Assembly (NCBI GenBank): GCA_030583845.1
Contig: CP129478.1
Span: 1,930 to 65,929 of the forward strand
From: Candidatus Dojkabacteria bacterium
GTDB lineage: Bacteria > Patescibacteriota > Dojkabacteria > SC72 > JAHDCA01
Length of the DNA stretch: 64,000 nt
Direction: 5' to 3'
Numbering within the stretch: the stretch's first letter is position 1; each line of letters opens with the position of its first letter. Under the pieces are notes generated by a model. It made no database searches. It was not told where the DNA came from and was given only the letters and a program-made list of their open reading frames with translations. The translations under genes and the position numbers were made by a program. Of the stretch, positions 18,017-27,940 are shown piece after piece.

Positions 18017-19237
18017 ATGACTATGAGCAGACGCAAAAAGATCTTCCTTTCAGTTCTTTCCGCTTTAATCTTACTCCTGCTTGTCCCACTCGGTTACATT
18101 GTATATCAGATCCTTGAGACGCAAAGTGTCGTGCAAACCCAGGAATTTGTCGAAGACGATGGCGATGATAAGTGGGACTACTTTATCTCAGACGAGATAC
18201 CAGAATTTACCGAGGAGACAGTACTCACAGGGCTCGATAAGCCATGGGATATGGGGATGTTTACAGATGGAACATTCATCCTTACTGAGAAACCCGGACG
18301 AATCAATTACTACGATGGTGAGGAGGTAACCGTCCTGGAGACCCCTAGCGACGCATACATAAGAGGCGAGGGTGGAATGCTTTCTCTCGCCGTTGACCCT
18401 CAATTTGACCAGACAAATTATATTTTTGTCTGCTTTAATAGCGAGCTTGATAATGAGCCTGACGTGCGGGTTGTTAGATACAGCTTCGACAAAGAAAACA
18501 AACAGCTTTCAGATAGAGAAGATATCATCACCGGAATGCCTTCGAATGCAAGTGGCCGCCACTCGGGTTGTCAGCTTGAATTTGGCCCGGACAACAATCT
18601 CTGGGTGGGAACAGGCGACGCGGCAGATTCGTCAAACCCACAAGACCCCAAAAACTTAGGTGGTAAGATTCTGCGAGTAGATAGGGACGGACAAGCTGTC
18701 GAAGGCAACTTAGAGTCTCCATTTGACCCACGAATCTATAGCTACGGTCACAGAAACACACAAGGGTTAGCGTTTTTCGATACCGAGGCAGGATTTGATT
18801 CGCTGGGAGTGAGTGTAGAGCATGGCTCAATAATTGATGACGAGGTGAATAATCTGATACCTGGTAATTTTGGATGGGATCCAAATCCGAATTACAATGA
18901 ATTTGGCGTACCTATGACCGATAGGGGGAAGTTCCCAGATGCTATCCCAGCTCTCTGGTCATCTGGACGATCTACAGAGGCCACTTCAGGTGCCACAATT
19001 GCATACGGCTCACAGTGGAAAGCCTGGGATCAAGCGCTATTTATAGGCGTGCAGAAAAATAAGAAGGTGATTGTGTTGGAATTTAACCGCGATCTTACTT
19101 TGAAGCGCGAGACAGTGCTGTTCGAAGGTAAATATGGTCGGATCAGGACAGTCATCAGGGGGACTGACGGGCATCTTTATTTTCTGAGTGACAATGGGGG
19201 AGGGGAGGATGTTATTGTGAGGCTTGTGGCTGAGTAG
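18017..19237 (+). CDS. PQQ-dependent sugar dehydrogenase (glucose/sorbosone dehydrogenase family), membrane-anchored
   Basis: N-terminal TM; GSDH-like beta-propeller motifs (KPWDM..F.PDG, GGMLSLAVDP, LWVGTGDAADSSNPQD, LGGKILRVD, YSYGHRNTQGLAF). Confidence 0.8.
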   Translation: MTMSRRKKIFLSVLSALILLLLVPLGYIVYQILETQSVVQTQEFVEDDGDDKWDYFISDEIPEFTEETVLTGLDKPWDMGMFTDGTFILTEKPGRINYYDGEEVTVLETPSDAYIRGEGGMLSLAVDPQFDQTNYIFVCFNSELDNEPDVRVVRYSFDKENKQLSDREDIITGMPSNASGRHSGCQLEFGPDNNLWVGTGDAADSSNPQDPKNLGGKILRVDRDGQAVEGNLESPFDPRIYSYGHRNTQGLAFFDTEAGFDSLGVSVEHGSIIDDEVNNLIPGNFGWDPNPNYNEFGVPMTDRGKFPDAIPALWSSGRSTEATSGATIAYGSQWKAWDQALFIGVQKNKKVIVLEFNRDLTLKRETVLFEGKYGRIRTVIRGTDGHLYFLSDNGGGEDVIVRLVAE

Positions 19238-19919
19238 CAACTCCGTACCAATACACCCGCTCGAACTCACCGCCGAACGCCTTGGTCACATTTTCGCGTG
19301 CCTCAAGCTCAACTAGGGTTAACGGCTTTAACATATCCTCCAGCTCCTCTTTCGTAAATGCCTTCTCTGTCACAGTATGCCCTTTGCTATAAAACTTGTA
19401 TGAGTTCACTTCTTTACCTGGATTATCTCTAACCAGCCTTTCAAATTCGTCTCCCTTCGCAGATAATGTGTAAAACAGGAAAAACCCGCCAGGCTTAAGC
19501 AATCGCTTGACTGACTGCATCATCTTTTCACGCTCATTCAGTGAGAGGCTATGCATCACCATCATATCTAGGATTAGATCAAAGCTTGCATCTGGATACT
19601 TAATCTCCTCTGCAACGCTCTGATGAACAAATGTAACTTTGTCTGAGAGGTCGTGTAGCTTTGCATTTTGATTCGCTTGATCTACTGCTGGCTCCGAAAA
19701 CTCAAGCCCCACACATCCCCACCCAAGCCTTGCCAAATGAATGGAGTTTCTTCCGTTACCCGATCCTAGATCGAGAGCTCGACCTGGTTTGAGTGTCTTT
19801 TCACTCTCAAGAAATCGTTGAAGTGCTGCTGATGAGTGCAGCGTGTTTGAAGAGGGGATCTGCTTGATCTTACTATACTCTTTGTCCCAACGGTCTGATT
19901 TCTTTGTAGCCATATGCAA
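19212..19919 (-). CDS. Class I SAM-dependent methyltransferase (TehB-like)
   Basis: Motif I LDLGSGNGRNSIHLA; motif post-I VGLEFS. Confidence 0.85.
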   Translation of the reverse strand: MHMATKKSDRWDKEYSKIKQIPSSNTLHSSAALQRFLESEKTLKPGRALDLGSGNGRNSIHLARLGWGCVGLEFSEPAVDQANQNAKLHDLSDKVTFVHQSVAEEIKYPDASFDLILDMMVMHSLSLNEREKMMQSVKRLLKPGGFFLFYTLSAKGDEFERLVRDNPGKEVNSYKFYSKGHTVTEKAFTKEELEDMLKPLTLVELEARENVTKAFGGEFERVYWYGVATQPQASQ

Positions 19920-19956
19920 TTATACCTCATTTCTGTCTCATGCTATTATCAAGTAT

Positions 19957-20829
19957 ATGTCTGCAATATAAGTCAAAAACCTCAAAAAGCATTTCGGCGA
20001 CACCAAAGCAGTTGATGACATTTCTTTTGAGGTCAAGGAGGGTGAGGTAGTTGGCTTCCTCGGACCAAACGGTGCTGGCAAGAGTACTACCATCCGGTGC
20101 ATGATGGATTTCCTACGACCCACAGATGGTGAGGTCACTATTTTCGGGAAGAATGTACTTAACGGGGGTAAGTGGATTCGCGAAGAGATAGGATTTCTCT
20201 CAGGTGAAGTCAATCTATACAATAACTGGAGTGGTAAGGAGCACATCCGTCTCATCAAAGGGGTAAAGCATACCAAGACCGTAGAGAAAGAGCTAGTTGA
20301 GCGGCTTGATTTCGACCAGAGCAAGAAGGTAAAGCAGCTGTCATCTGGTAACAAGCAGAAGCTCGGGCTCATTCTAGCCTTTATGCATAACCCAAAGTTG
20401 CTGATGCTGGACGAGCCGACGACAGGTCTCGATCCATTTCTTCAGCAAAATGTTACCCAATTGGTACGTGAGCGGGCAGAGCAGGGGAGTACCGTATTCC
20501 TCTCTTCGCACAACCTCGCCGAAGTTGAGCGCACATGTGACCGAGTCATCATCATTAAAGAAGGCAAAATCGTTGCAATGCAGTCAATCACAGAACTGAA
20601 GAGGAAAAAGCTTTATACTGCATATGTACATTTCGATGGTAAGCCGCCTAAGAACAGCGAGCTTGAAAGCAAAGGTATCTCAGTGATCCGAAGAGTAAAC
20701 AACGGCTATCAGATACAGGTGAAAGGGGATATAGATCCATTTCTTAAAGAGCTGACCAAGTATAAGTTGAGCGATGTGGAGATACTGCATGCCTCATTGG
20801 AGGAGATATTTCTTGAATTTTATCAATAA
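19957..20829 (+). CDS. ABC transporter ATP-binding protein, interrupted by an in-frame TAA at codon 5 (ATG TCT GCA ATA TAA GTC AAA AAC CTC AAA AAG = MSAI*VKNLKK)
   Basis: Conceptual translation upstream of the ORF-track start (20101) continues as VKNLKKHFGDTKAVDDISFEVKEGEVVGFLGPNGAGKSTTIRCMMDF (Walker A). The only in-frame ATG is 19957, and it is followed 4 codons later by TAA. Confidence 0.8.
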
Positions 20830-20832
20830 AAT

Positions 20833-21630
20833 ATGCTGGCGATTTTCTTAAGCACAATTAAATCTCACTGGAAAACTGTAGCTATCTTGCTGATCGTAAA
20901 TCTCACTTTTCTCTTTATGTTTACCTCTATCTGGCCGTCACTTCTAGAGCAGGCAGAGGATCTTGAGCAGCTATATGCAGCCTATCCTGAAGAATTCCTA
21001 GATGCACTTGGCGCAACTGGGAATATTTTCTCAAACTTTGAGTCGTTCTTAGCGGTGGAGCATTACAGTATTACCTGGCCACTAATGATGGCGATCTTGG
21101 TCATAGGCATGGCAGGAGCCGCATTTGCCGGCGAGATCGAGCGGGGCACGATGGATCTACTGATGTCGCAACCTTTGAGGCGCATTGAGCTTTTTCTCTC
21201 GAAATTCGGAGCAGGGGTTGTGGTTTTAGCGATATTTTCGCTGCTCACTATACTGATGCCGATCCCACTAGCTGCGATGTTTGATATCGAGCTAAATGTG
21301 AGCGGGCACTTTGCATTGCTTGCATTGGGATTGCTATTCGGGCTGGCGGTGTACTGTATGGGAGAAATGTTGTCTGCGATGTTTGCTTCGCGTGGCATGG
21401 TTGGAGCGATAATGGCAGGAGTGTTGATAGTGATGTATGGGATATCGATAGTGGCTAGGCTTGAGGAGTCGTTGGAATTTCTCCAGTATGGGTCATACTT
21501 CTACTATTTTGACTTTATGGCAGCATTGACGGGGAGGACTGTGGATCAGCTTGCGGTGGCTGTGTTTGCGTTAAGTTCGCTGGTGTTTACCATAATTGGA
21601 GTCTTTGCCTTCAATAAGCGGGATTTATAA
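20833..21630 (+). CDS. ABC-2 type transporter permease
   Basis: 6 predicted TM helices; immediately downstream of the ABC ATPase with a 3-bp gap. Confidence 0.7.
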   Translation: MLAIFLSTIKSHWKTVAILLIVNLTFLFMFTSIWPSLLEQAEDLEQLYAAYPEEFLDALGATGNIFSNFESFLAVEHYSITWPLMMAILVIGMAGAAFAGEIERGTMDLLMSQPLRRIELFLSKFGAGVVVLAIFSLLTILMPIPLAAMFDIELNVSGHFALLALGLLFGLAVYCMGEMLSAMFASRGMVGAIMAGVLIVMYGISIVARLEESLEFLQYGSYFYYFDFMAALTGRTVDQLAVAVFALSSLVFTIIGVFAFNKRDL

Positions 21631-21705
21631 TTCCTTCGAAGGATTGTCTCAATGCTTTTCGTCGCATTACTTTGACATTCATACCTTACAAGCCTACTAT
21701 TTGTT

Positions 21706-22035
21706 ATGGACTTTTTTAGCAACATACGCGAATTTCGCATAGGAGAATTTACAATCTTCGACACAACACTTGCATTTCTCGGGGTACTCTTGCTTTCACC
21801 ATTACTAACAAAGCTTTTCCTTAAAGTAGGCTTGATGATACCAACAGTAAGCTGGATGCTATTTGTCATACCGATGGGAGTGATTGGACATCTAATCGCT
21901 GGGATAGATACACCTTTGACGCAAAATTTTATCGATCCAGATGGACATTATTTCACAAAAATAATCGTACTTGGCATGAGTGTAGCAGGGATCGCACTCA
22001 TTAAAAGAGTCGATCGGAAGAAGGTGACAAAGTAG
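21706..22035 (+). CDS. Small hypothetical membrane protein
   Basis: 109 aa, 2-3 hydrophobic segments. Confidence 0.45.
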   Translation: MDFFSNIREFRIGEFTIFDTTLAFLGVLLLSPLLTKLFLKVGLMIPTVSWMLFVIPMGVIGHLIAGIDTPLTQNFIDPDGHYFTKIIVLGMSVAGIALIKRVDRKKVTK

Positions 22036-22114
22036 AGTAGGCGAGGCTCAGCTATTAAACATTCGGCGTGATTATGCTACTCTTTGCTATTAAAGTCTTA
22101 GGCTAAAATTATCA

Positions 22115-22489
22115 ATGAATGAGGTATTTAGGAAAAGCGCGCACTGGGTTTCAAATGCGATGGGCAACCCATGGACATTTATGCTAGCTTTCTTTGTAAT
22201 TGTACTGTGGCTTGTCACCGGCCCGCTTTTTGGTTACTCAGATACTTGGCAACTGGTAATTAACACCGCCACAACGATTGTCACCTTTCTTATGGTCTTC
22301 CTGATCCAAAATACACAGAATCGCGAGGCGAGAGCGATCAACCTGAAACTAGACGAGCTGTTGCGTGTTATGCGCGCCGCCCGAAACGACCTAATTGACC
22401 TCGAAAATATGAGCGATGAGCAACTAGACTCCATAGAAGAGCAATTTAAGAAGCTAGTCGCAAAACGCCCAACAAAGAAGGTTGCCTAA
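22115..22489 (+). CDS. Low-affinity iron permease-like small membrane protein (PF04120-like)
   Basis: 124 aa; TATTIVTFLMVFLIQNTQNREARAINLKLDELL matches the conserved core of this family. Confidence 0.55.
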   Translation: MNEVFRKSAHWVSNAMGNPWTFMLAFFVIVLWLVTGPLFGYSDTWQLVINTATTIVTFLMVFLIQNTQNREARAINLKLDELLRVMRAARNDLIDLENMSDEQLDSIEEQFKKLVAKRPTKKVA

Positions 22490-22538
22490 AGCCAATTGTA
22501 GATGCGGTTTAGCCCAGCTTAGCCCGCCTCTGTGCTTC

Positions 22539-23153
22539 CTAACTATCCGCTGCACTCCAGAGAGCCATTGAAGCATATGTTCTATAAGGAGACCATCTCT
22601 TACTCCTGCTCAAAATTGTCTTGGAACTAGGTATTTTCTTATAGCCATATAGCTTTTGGAAACCTTTTCTTAGCCCTAAATCTCCGAGAGAGAAAACATC
22701 TTCCCTCCCAAGCGTAAACATCAGAAACATCTCAGCAGTCCACTGACCAACCCCTTTGATCTGCGTAAGGTGGTCAATCACATACTGATCATCTTTATCA
22801 TCAAGCTTTTCAAACTGCACCGTGCCATCGAGTGCTGCGGCTGCGATATTCTTGACGTAGTTGCCTTTGGCATTCGAAAGTCCCGCATTCCTGAGCTTTG
22901 CCTGCTCAATTGCCACAACTTTTTCGGGTGTGATTTCTCCATCAAAAAGCTGCTCATACCTTCCATATATCGTCCCAGCTGCCTTTCCCGATAGCTGCTG
23001 GTAAATTATCGAGCGGCAAAGCTTGATAAAGTACTGGTCTGAAGAAGTCTTGCTGATGGGCTCAAGGTCAAGCATAGTCAGCAGCTGTGCATAAATGGCT
23101 GGATCTTGCTGCTCAAAAAAATGTTTTACTTCTTCTAATCGATTCATACCCAA
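22539..23153 (-). CDS. HhH-GPD DNA glycosylase (DNA-3-methyladenine glycosylase II / AlkA-like)
   Basis: LTQIKGVGQWTAEMFLMFTLGREDVFSLGDLGLRKG helix-hairpin-helix plus Gly/Pro-Asp motif. Confidence 0.8.
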   Translation of the reverse strand: MGMNRLEEVKHFFEQQDPAIYAQLLTMLDLEPISKTSSDQYFIKLCRSIIYQQLSGKAAGTIYGRYEQLFDGEITPEKVVAIEQAKLRNAGLSNAKGNYVKNIAAAALDGTVQFEKLDDKDDQYVIDHLTQIKGVGQWTAEMFLMFTLGREDVFSLGDLGLRKGFQKLYGYKKIPSSKTILSRSKRWSPYRTYASMALWSAADS

Positions 23154-23275
23154 TTATACAGGTCTGACCTTCACAGGGCGTCCCGGACCAGGGACGCCCT
23201 GTGAACGAAATCGGCTCCCAGAGCCGCAAAACTACACATGGTATAATCAGCTGGCTAAACTTTTACAGTAATTTT

Positions 23276-23695
23276 ATGAATCCTACAGTAAAAGCATTTC
23301 TCGAGAAGGAACGTGTGTGCGGATTAACCATCTTGCAGCAAGATGGTTCATTACATTCAGCCGCCATGCATTTTTCATTAGTTGAAGAGCCTTTCCAGCT
23401 ATATTTCTCGACAGATATAACCACTCGCAAAGGAAGCAAGGTGGCTAATGAGCCTACCAAAGCTGCATTTACCATCGGATTTTCGGAGGAAGAATGGAAA
23501 ACATTGCAAATCGAAGGCGATATACGTGTCGCTACCGACGAAGAAGTTCCGGCCATCAAAGAGGTTCATTATTCAAAGAATCCTGGCTCGAAGAAGTTTG
23601 AAGGTGATCCAAACACCCGCTTTCTGATTCTAACACCAACCTGGTGGAGGTATACAGATTTCATGAAAGACCCGCTTGAGATTATTGCTGCTTAG
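23276..23695 (+). CDS. Pyridoxamine 5'-phosphate oxidase-like FMN-binding split-barrel protein
   Basis: About 140 aa from the internal ATG at 23276; pattern typical of the general-stress-protein-26/PNPOx family. The 5' extended ORF (from 23201) is antisense-overlapped and less likely. Confidence 0.55.
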   Translation: MNPTVKAFLEKERVCGLTILQQDGSLHSAAMHFSLVEEPFQLYFSTDITTRKGSKVANEPTKAAFTIGFSEEEWKTLQIEGDIRVATDEEVPAIKEVHYSKNPGSKKFEGDPNTRFLILTPTWWRYTDFMKDPLEIIAA

Positions 23696-23993
23696 AAGCC
23701 AGATCAGGCTCGATGCTAGCTTTGATCTTTTGGGTAATTTTCCCAAAACCAACCCTTTCCATATACTCTACGGTTTTAATGAAGAATGGCCTTGTATAGA
23801 TCCAGTTAGCGAATCTTTTATCGACCTTTGTGAAGAACCATACAGCAAGTAGTAAGAAAATAACTGTCGGCATAATAGGCAAAATCGTGCCAATCACCGC
23901 TAAAATCACATTTACTATTCCTGCTGTTAGGTACACTGCTCTCATAATTTTGTCACCCGATCTATTATATAATAAATCGTTTAAACCCTGCAT
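23682..23993 (-). CDS. DUF454 (YbaN-like) inner-membrane protein
   Basis: LPIMPTVIFLLLAVWFFTKVDKRFANWIYTRPFF matches the DUF454 core. Confidence 0.65.
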   Translation of the reverse strand: MQGLNDLLYNRSGDKIMRAVYLTAGIVNVILAVIGTILPIMPTVIFLLLAVWFFTKVDKRFANWIYTRPFFIKTVEYMERVGFGKITQKIKASIEPDLASKQQ

Positions 23994-24005
23994 AAGTAAC
24001 AGTAA

Positions 24006-24593
24006 ATGAGCAAAACAAAATACAAAGGCAAGTTTGTCTCTAGGGGAGGGGAAAAATTAGAGCATGCGTTAAGAGAGTTTAATATTTCAGTCGAGGGATT
24101 GGTCTGCGCCGACTTTGGGAGCAGCACTGGCGGGTTTACCGATTGCCTTCTACAGCACGGAGCAGCCAAAGTCTACTCTGTTGATACCGGATATGGCGTG
24201 CTCGATTACAAGTTAAGAACCGATCCGCGTGTAGTCGTGATGGAGCGAACAAACGCTATGCACGTGGTAATTCCAGAGAAGGTTGACCTGGTGACAATTG
24301 ACACGAGCTGGACTAAGCAAAAAAACATTTTGAAGAATGCGATAGCTAATCTGAAGCCAGAAGGTATGATTATCTCCCTAATAAAGCCGCATTATGAGGC
24401 AGGTGGAGCTGAGCTAGAAGCAGGAAAGCTTGATGATGAGGTCGCGATAGGTGTTGTCGCAGACCTACTTGGCAAAATTGAAACATTGGGACTAAAAGTA
24501 AACGGAGTCCCTATTGAATCACCAATACGCGGTGGTAGGGCAGGTAATATGGAGTATCTTATTACAGCAATTCACTCTAGTTACCAGCAGTAG
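24006..24593 (+). CDS. tlyA: TlyA-family (FtsJ-like) rRNA 2'-O-methyltransferase, lacking the S4 domain
   Basis: RGGEKLEHAL...CADFGSSTGGFTDCLLQHGAAKVYSVDTGYGVLDYKLRTDPRV is highly similar to TlyA. Confidence 0.8.
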   Translation: MSKTKYKGKFVSRGGEKLEHALREFNISVEGLVCADFGSSTGGFTDCLLQHGAAKVYSVDTGYGVLDYKLRTDPRVVVMERTNAMHVVIPEKVDLVTIDTSWTKQKNILKNAIANLKPEGMIISLIKPHYEAGGAELEAGKLDDEVAIGVVADLLGKIETLGLKVNGVPIESPIRGGRAGNMEYLITAIHSSYQQ

Positions 24594-25443
24594 ATTGGCT
24601 ATACTGCTGAGAGATCTTGTACTCAGCCTGCCGTGCTCTTTCTATTCCTAACTTACCAATAATACTGCTCATTGGATTGCCAGAGCTGTAGACATCAAAA
24701 ATCCTTTCTTCTCGAGCAATACCCATTCGCATGAAAATATCTCCCCACAAGATGTTATCAGTAGCTGTCTGTACTGGGTTTACGGTTACAATATCCATCC
24801 CACTATAAAGTGCTCTAAGCGCATACCGATTAAGAAGATCTACAGCTGCGACATTAAAGGCTCCAAACTCATTATTTCCTTCAGGGAACCTTCGCATCTC
24901 GAAGCCATTCCACATATTGTATACGTTCGTTGTGTCACTCGATCCATACCCAGCGTTATAGTACCCATCAGTCTCTACAGCACCCTCAGCAATTATAAAC
25001 GATCTACCAACCTCCCTTATCAATAGATCAACAACATTTGCAGCCCCAAGTCCTTGATCATAAAAGGTAGCTATATCGATTCGGGTCGTTGGTCTACCAG
25101 CATCATTGTATTCACGCGCAACTGGCTGGGGATTACCTTCAATTCTACTATCATAGAAGCTTATAGAATCTGCGACTCTATGCTCATACCCAGTGCCATA
25201 CACATGACCATACCAATTCAAGGTATGCCCAACAATGTCTCTGCGTGTAATAGGATCAATTGCATCTAATGACGTTGCCTCATCTGTCGATAGGATTAGG
25301 TTCTGTAACCAATGACGTGAAATCTCAGGGCTGAATGAGTACTTTTCTCCTCCAGGCAATAAGGCCCGCCGACCTAGTATCGCTGCTGCTCCTGCGCCTG
25401 CTCCTACAGCGAGCAAACAGAATTTACGCCTCGTAACAAACAT
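24577..25443 (-). CDS. Secreted hypothetical protein with twin-arginine-like signal peptide
   Basis: Probable start MFVTRRKFCLLAVGAGAGAAAIL (T-R-R-x-F motif then a hydrophobic run); no recognised catalytic domain. Confidence 0.5.
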   Translation of the reverse strand: MFVTRRKFCLLAVGAGAGAAAILGRRALLPGGEKYSFSPEISRHWLQNLILSTDEATSLDAIDPITRRDIVGHTLNWYGHVYGTGYEHRVADSISFYDSRIEGNPQPVAREYNDAGRPTTRIDIATFYDQGLGAANVVDLLIREVGRSFIIAEGAVETDGYYNAGYGSSDTTNVYNMWNGFEMRRFPEGNNEFGAFNVAAVDLLNRYALRALYSGMDIVTVNPVQTATDNILWGDIFMRMGIAREERIFDVYSSGNPMSSIIGKLGIERARQAEYKISQQYSQSTAGN

Positions 25444-25738
25444 CTGAAAATATTGATCCCAATTTATAACAATAATTATAACATACAGAGTCCAGGTTAT
25501 GGCTGGATACACTGCTATAATCAGCCAATATTACTCTACACTAGACCTACTTACACGGCTCAACCGACCTATCTGCCTCCAAATCCCCAGAGCTACTATA
25601 CTGAACCTTCACATATCCAGCGTTCTCAAGAGTCCCAATTAATACTCCACAAATTACCAACGTCCCAAACACTGCCAGACAGATTATCCCAATAGCCTTC
25701 ATCAACATAGCTTAACTTTTAATAAATAAATTAATGAA

Positions 25739-26023
25739 TTACTTTGCATCAGCATCTTTTTTACCCTTCTTCTCCTCTCCCCATTGCCACCTCGGCGGCT
25801 CGCCTTTCAGATAACTTATGGATATGAGTATGAGGGTATTAATTGTCATAACTACTAAAACTACATATGCACTTTGTGTCTCAGAAAGCTTGAGTGCACT
25901 CACATAAGCTATTGCCGCGAAGGAAATCGCTAGATACACAGCAATTACCAACCATCCCTCCCAAGTAGAAGGATACCAACCCCATCCATATGTTTTGCGC
26001 TTGAACCATAGTTTTCTCACCAT
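25739..26023 (-). CDS. Small hypothetical membrane protein
   Basis: 94 aa, 2 TM segments, Lys-rich C-tail. Confidence 0.4.
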   Translation of the reverse strand: MVRKLWFKRKTYGWGWYPSTWEGWLVIAVYLAISFAAIAYVSALKLSETQSAYVVLVVMTINTLILISISYLKGEPPRWQWGEEKKGKKDADAK

Positions 26024-26050
26024 TTATCTGCTTACAAGTTATCAGATGCT

Positions 26051-26479
26051 CTAATTGTATATAAACCAACCCAGCACCAGACCCGATACCAAATATGTCG
26101 CAAATTGGTGACCCCAATTCAATGCGATCAGCTTTGGATTGCGACCTTCCCACACAATTTCGTTACCCAATACTGGGATTATGAAAACGGTTGCAACCAT
26201 TCCGGCTGATACAAGCACATTTTGTAAATAGTCCAGACCTGAAACATCTCGAGCAAAGTGGAGTATAGAGTTCATACCTATTGCTATCAATGTTGCCATA
26301 ACAATAGCAACCAAGATATCAGTCGGTTTCATAACTAAATCTTCCTTTTTCTTACCCACTAGCGACACCCACTGCTTTCCTAAGATAGGTCCATACCAAA
26401 GCATTCCCAATACCATATTTGCAACAACTGCAAGGGTAATTGCCAATAAACTAACCTCAACACCTAATACGTTAAACAT
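26051..26479 (-). CDS. DUF1761 family membrane protein (paralog of 5357..5770)
   Basis: LGMLWYGPILGKQW plus 4 hydrophobic segments. Confidence 0.6.
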   Translation of the reverse strand: MFNVLGVEVSLLAITLAVVANMVLGMLWYGPILGKQWVSLVGKKKEDLVMKPTDILVAIVMATLIAIGMNSILHFARDVSGLDYLQNVLVSAGMVATVFIIPVLGNEIVWEGRNPKLIALNWGHQFATYLVSGLVLGWFIYN

Positions 26480-26623
26480 AAATTTCTAATCAAAATTTAT
26501 TAGTTAAGTATAAATAATCGTCATAAACTTTTCCAATCGCTAGATTTTGTACTACTTTGCTGTTATAAACTGTGCTTATTGATATATAATCTGTAATAAT
26601 TTTACGGCAACACGCCACACATT

Positions 26624-27940
26624 ATGGACAACTACCGCCAGCTGCTCGCCCAATTCGTGCAACTTAGAAGTATCTCGACCGATCCTCAGTACCATAAGGA
26701 GATCGTTAAAACCACAGAGTGGCTCAAGAAGCTGTTTCAAGAGAATAATTTCGAGGTAGAGATAATAGAAGGGTACGAGAATCCAGTGGTTTTTGCCCAG
26801 TATATTACCGACAAGGGATATGAGAGCGTGCTGGTCTATGGCCACTACGATGTGCAACCAGCTACTGTTGAGGATGGGTGGGATAGTGACCCGTTTGAAT
26901 TGACCGAGCGTGATGGGAAGCTATTTGCAAGAGGCGTAGTAGATAATAAGGGGCAAATCTTAGCCCATATCTCATCGGTGATTGATCTAATTGAGAGTGG
27001 CGAGCTCAAATACAACGTGAAATTCCTGATCGAGGGTAATGAAGAAACTGGTGGAAGCGGTGTAGGGCAGTTATTGAAAGATCAGCAAGAGAAATTGTCT
27101 GCTGACCATATCGTCATCTCTGATGGGGAGCTACCATACAAGCCAGTGATTACAGCCTCATTCCGTGGTACCTTCAATCTTACGGTGAAGTATAAGACGG
27201 CTGCAATGAACTTGCACTCGGGATTATATGGGGGAAATGTGCCAAACGCAGCTCAGGAGCTAGCTAAATTGATCGCCTCGCTTTATGACGAACAGTACAA
27301 GTCGACTATTCAGCATCTCTATGATGGTCAAGATGAGATGAGCGACTCCGACCTAGGCAACTGCAAGGTTATGGATAAAGAGAAAGAGGCAAGCATTAAG
27401 CACGCCGGCGTGAAGAAAATATTTGGCGGTGAGCATGACAGCTTTAGCGCGAATCTCGGATTTACTACGATGTATACAGTCAGCGGATTTAAGTCTGGCT
27501 ATACGGGAGAAGGCTACTCGAACATTGTGCCTAGTCAGGCTGAAGCAAGAATAAACTTCAGGGTCGCTGCATCTCAAAACCCTCAGGATGTATATTATAG
27601 GTTTGAAAAGTTTGTTAAGGAAAACACTCCAGAATATGTTGATTGGGAGATAGTAAATCTAACAGAATTTACCAAGCCTGTACGAGTCGATCTTACTTCA
27701 CCAAAGCATGTTGAGGTAAATGAGTTGCTTTCTGAAGTGTATGGCGAAGAGGTGCTAGTTGATTATTGCGGAGCTACAATCCCTGTAGTTGTTGATTTCA
27801 AAGAAGAGCTAGGAGTTGACCCGCTGCTTATCTCGCTTGGCAATGATGATTGCAACATGCATGGTCCAAATGAAAATTTTGATCTAGGCTTGGTCGAGAA
27901 GGCATTACATTTCTCGAAGCGCTTTTTCTCGAAAAACTAG
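26624..27940 (+). CDS. M20-family metallopeptidase/dipeptidase
   Basis: YGHYDVQPA, DNKGQ and EGNEETGG motifs (M20 metal-binding residues). Confidence 0.85.
   Translation: MDNYRQLLAQFVQLRSISTDPQYHKEIVKTTEWLKKLFQENNFEVEIIEGYENPVVFAQYITDKGYESVLVYGHYDVQPATVEDGWDSDPFELTERDGKLFARGVVDNKGQILAHISSVIDLIESGELKYNVKFLIEGNEETGGSGVGQLLKDQQEKLSADHIVISDGELPYKPVITASFRGTFNLTVKYKTAAMNLHSGLYGGNVPNAAQELAKLIASLYDEQYKSTIQHLYDGQDEMSDSDLGNCKVMDKEKEASIKHAGVKKIFGGEHDSFSANLGFTTMYTVSGFKSGYTGEGYSNIVPSQAEARINFRVAASQNPQDVYYRFEKFVKENTPEYVDWEIVNLTEFTKPVRVDLTSPKHVEVNELLSEVYGEEVLVDYCGATIPVVVDFKEELGVDPLLISLGNDDCNMHGPNENFDLGLVEKALHFSKRFFSKN

Noticed and set aside
19938-20372. ORF 19938..20372(-), antisense to the ABC ATPase gene
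   Set aside because: It overlaps the conserved Walker A coding region of the plus-strand gene; it is a shadow ORF.
25453-25695. 80-aa plus-strand ORF in the gap between two minus-strand genes
   Set aside because: Tyr/Pro/Gln-rich low-complexity translation that overlaps the likely promoter/5' region of the 24577..25443 gene; no support.
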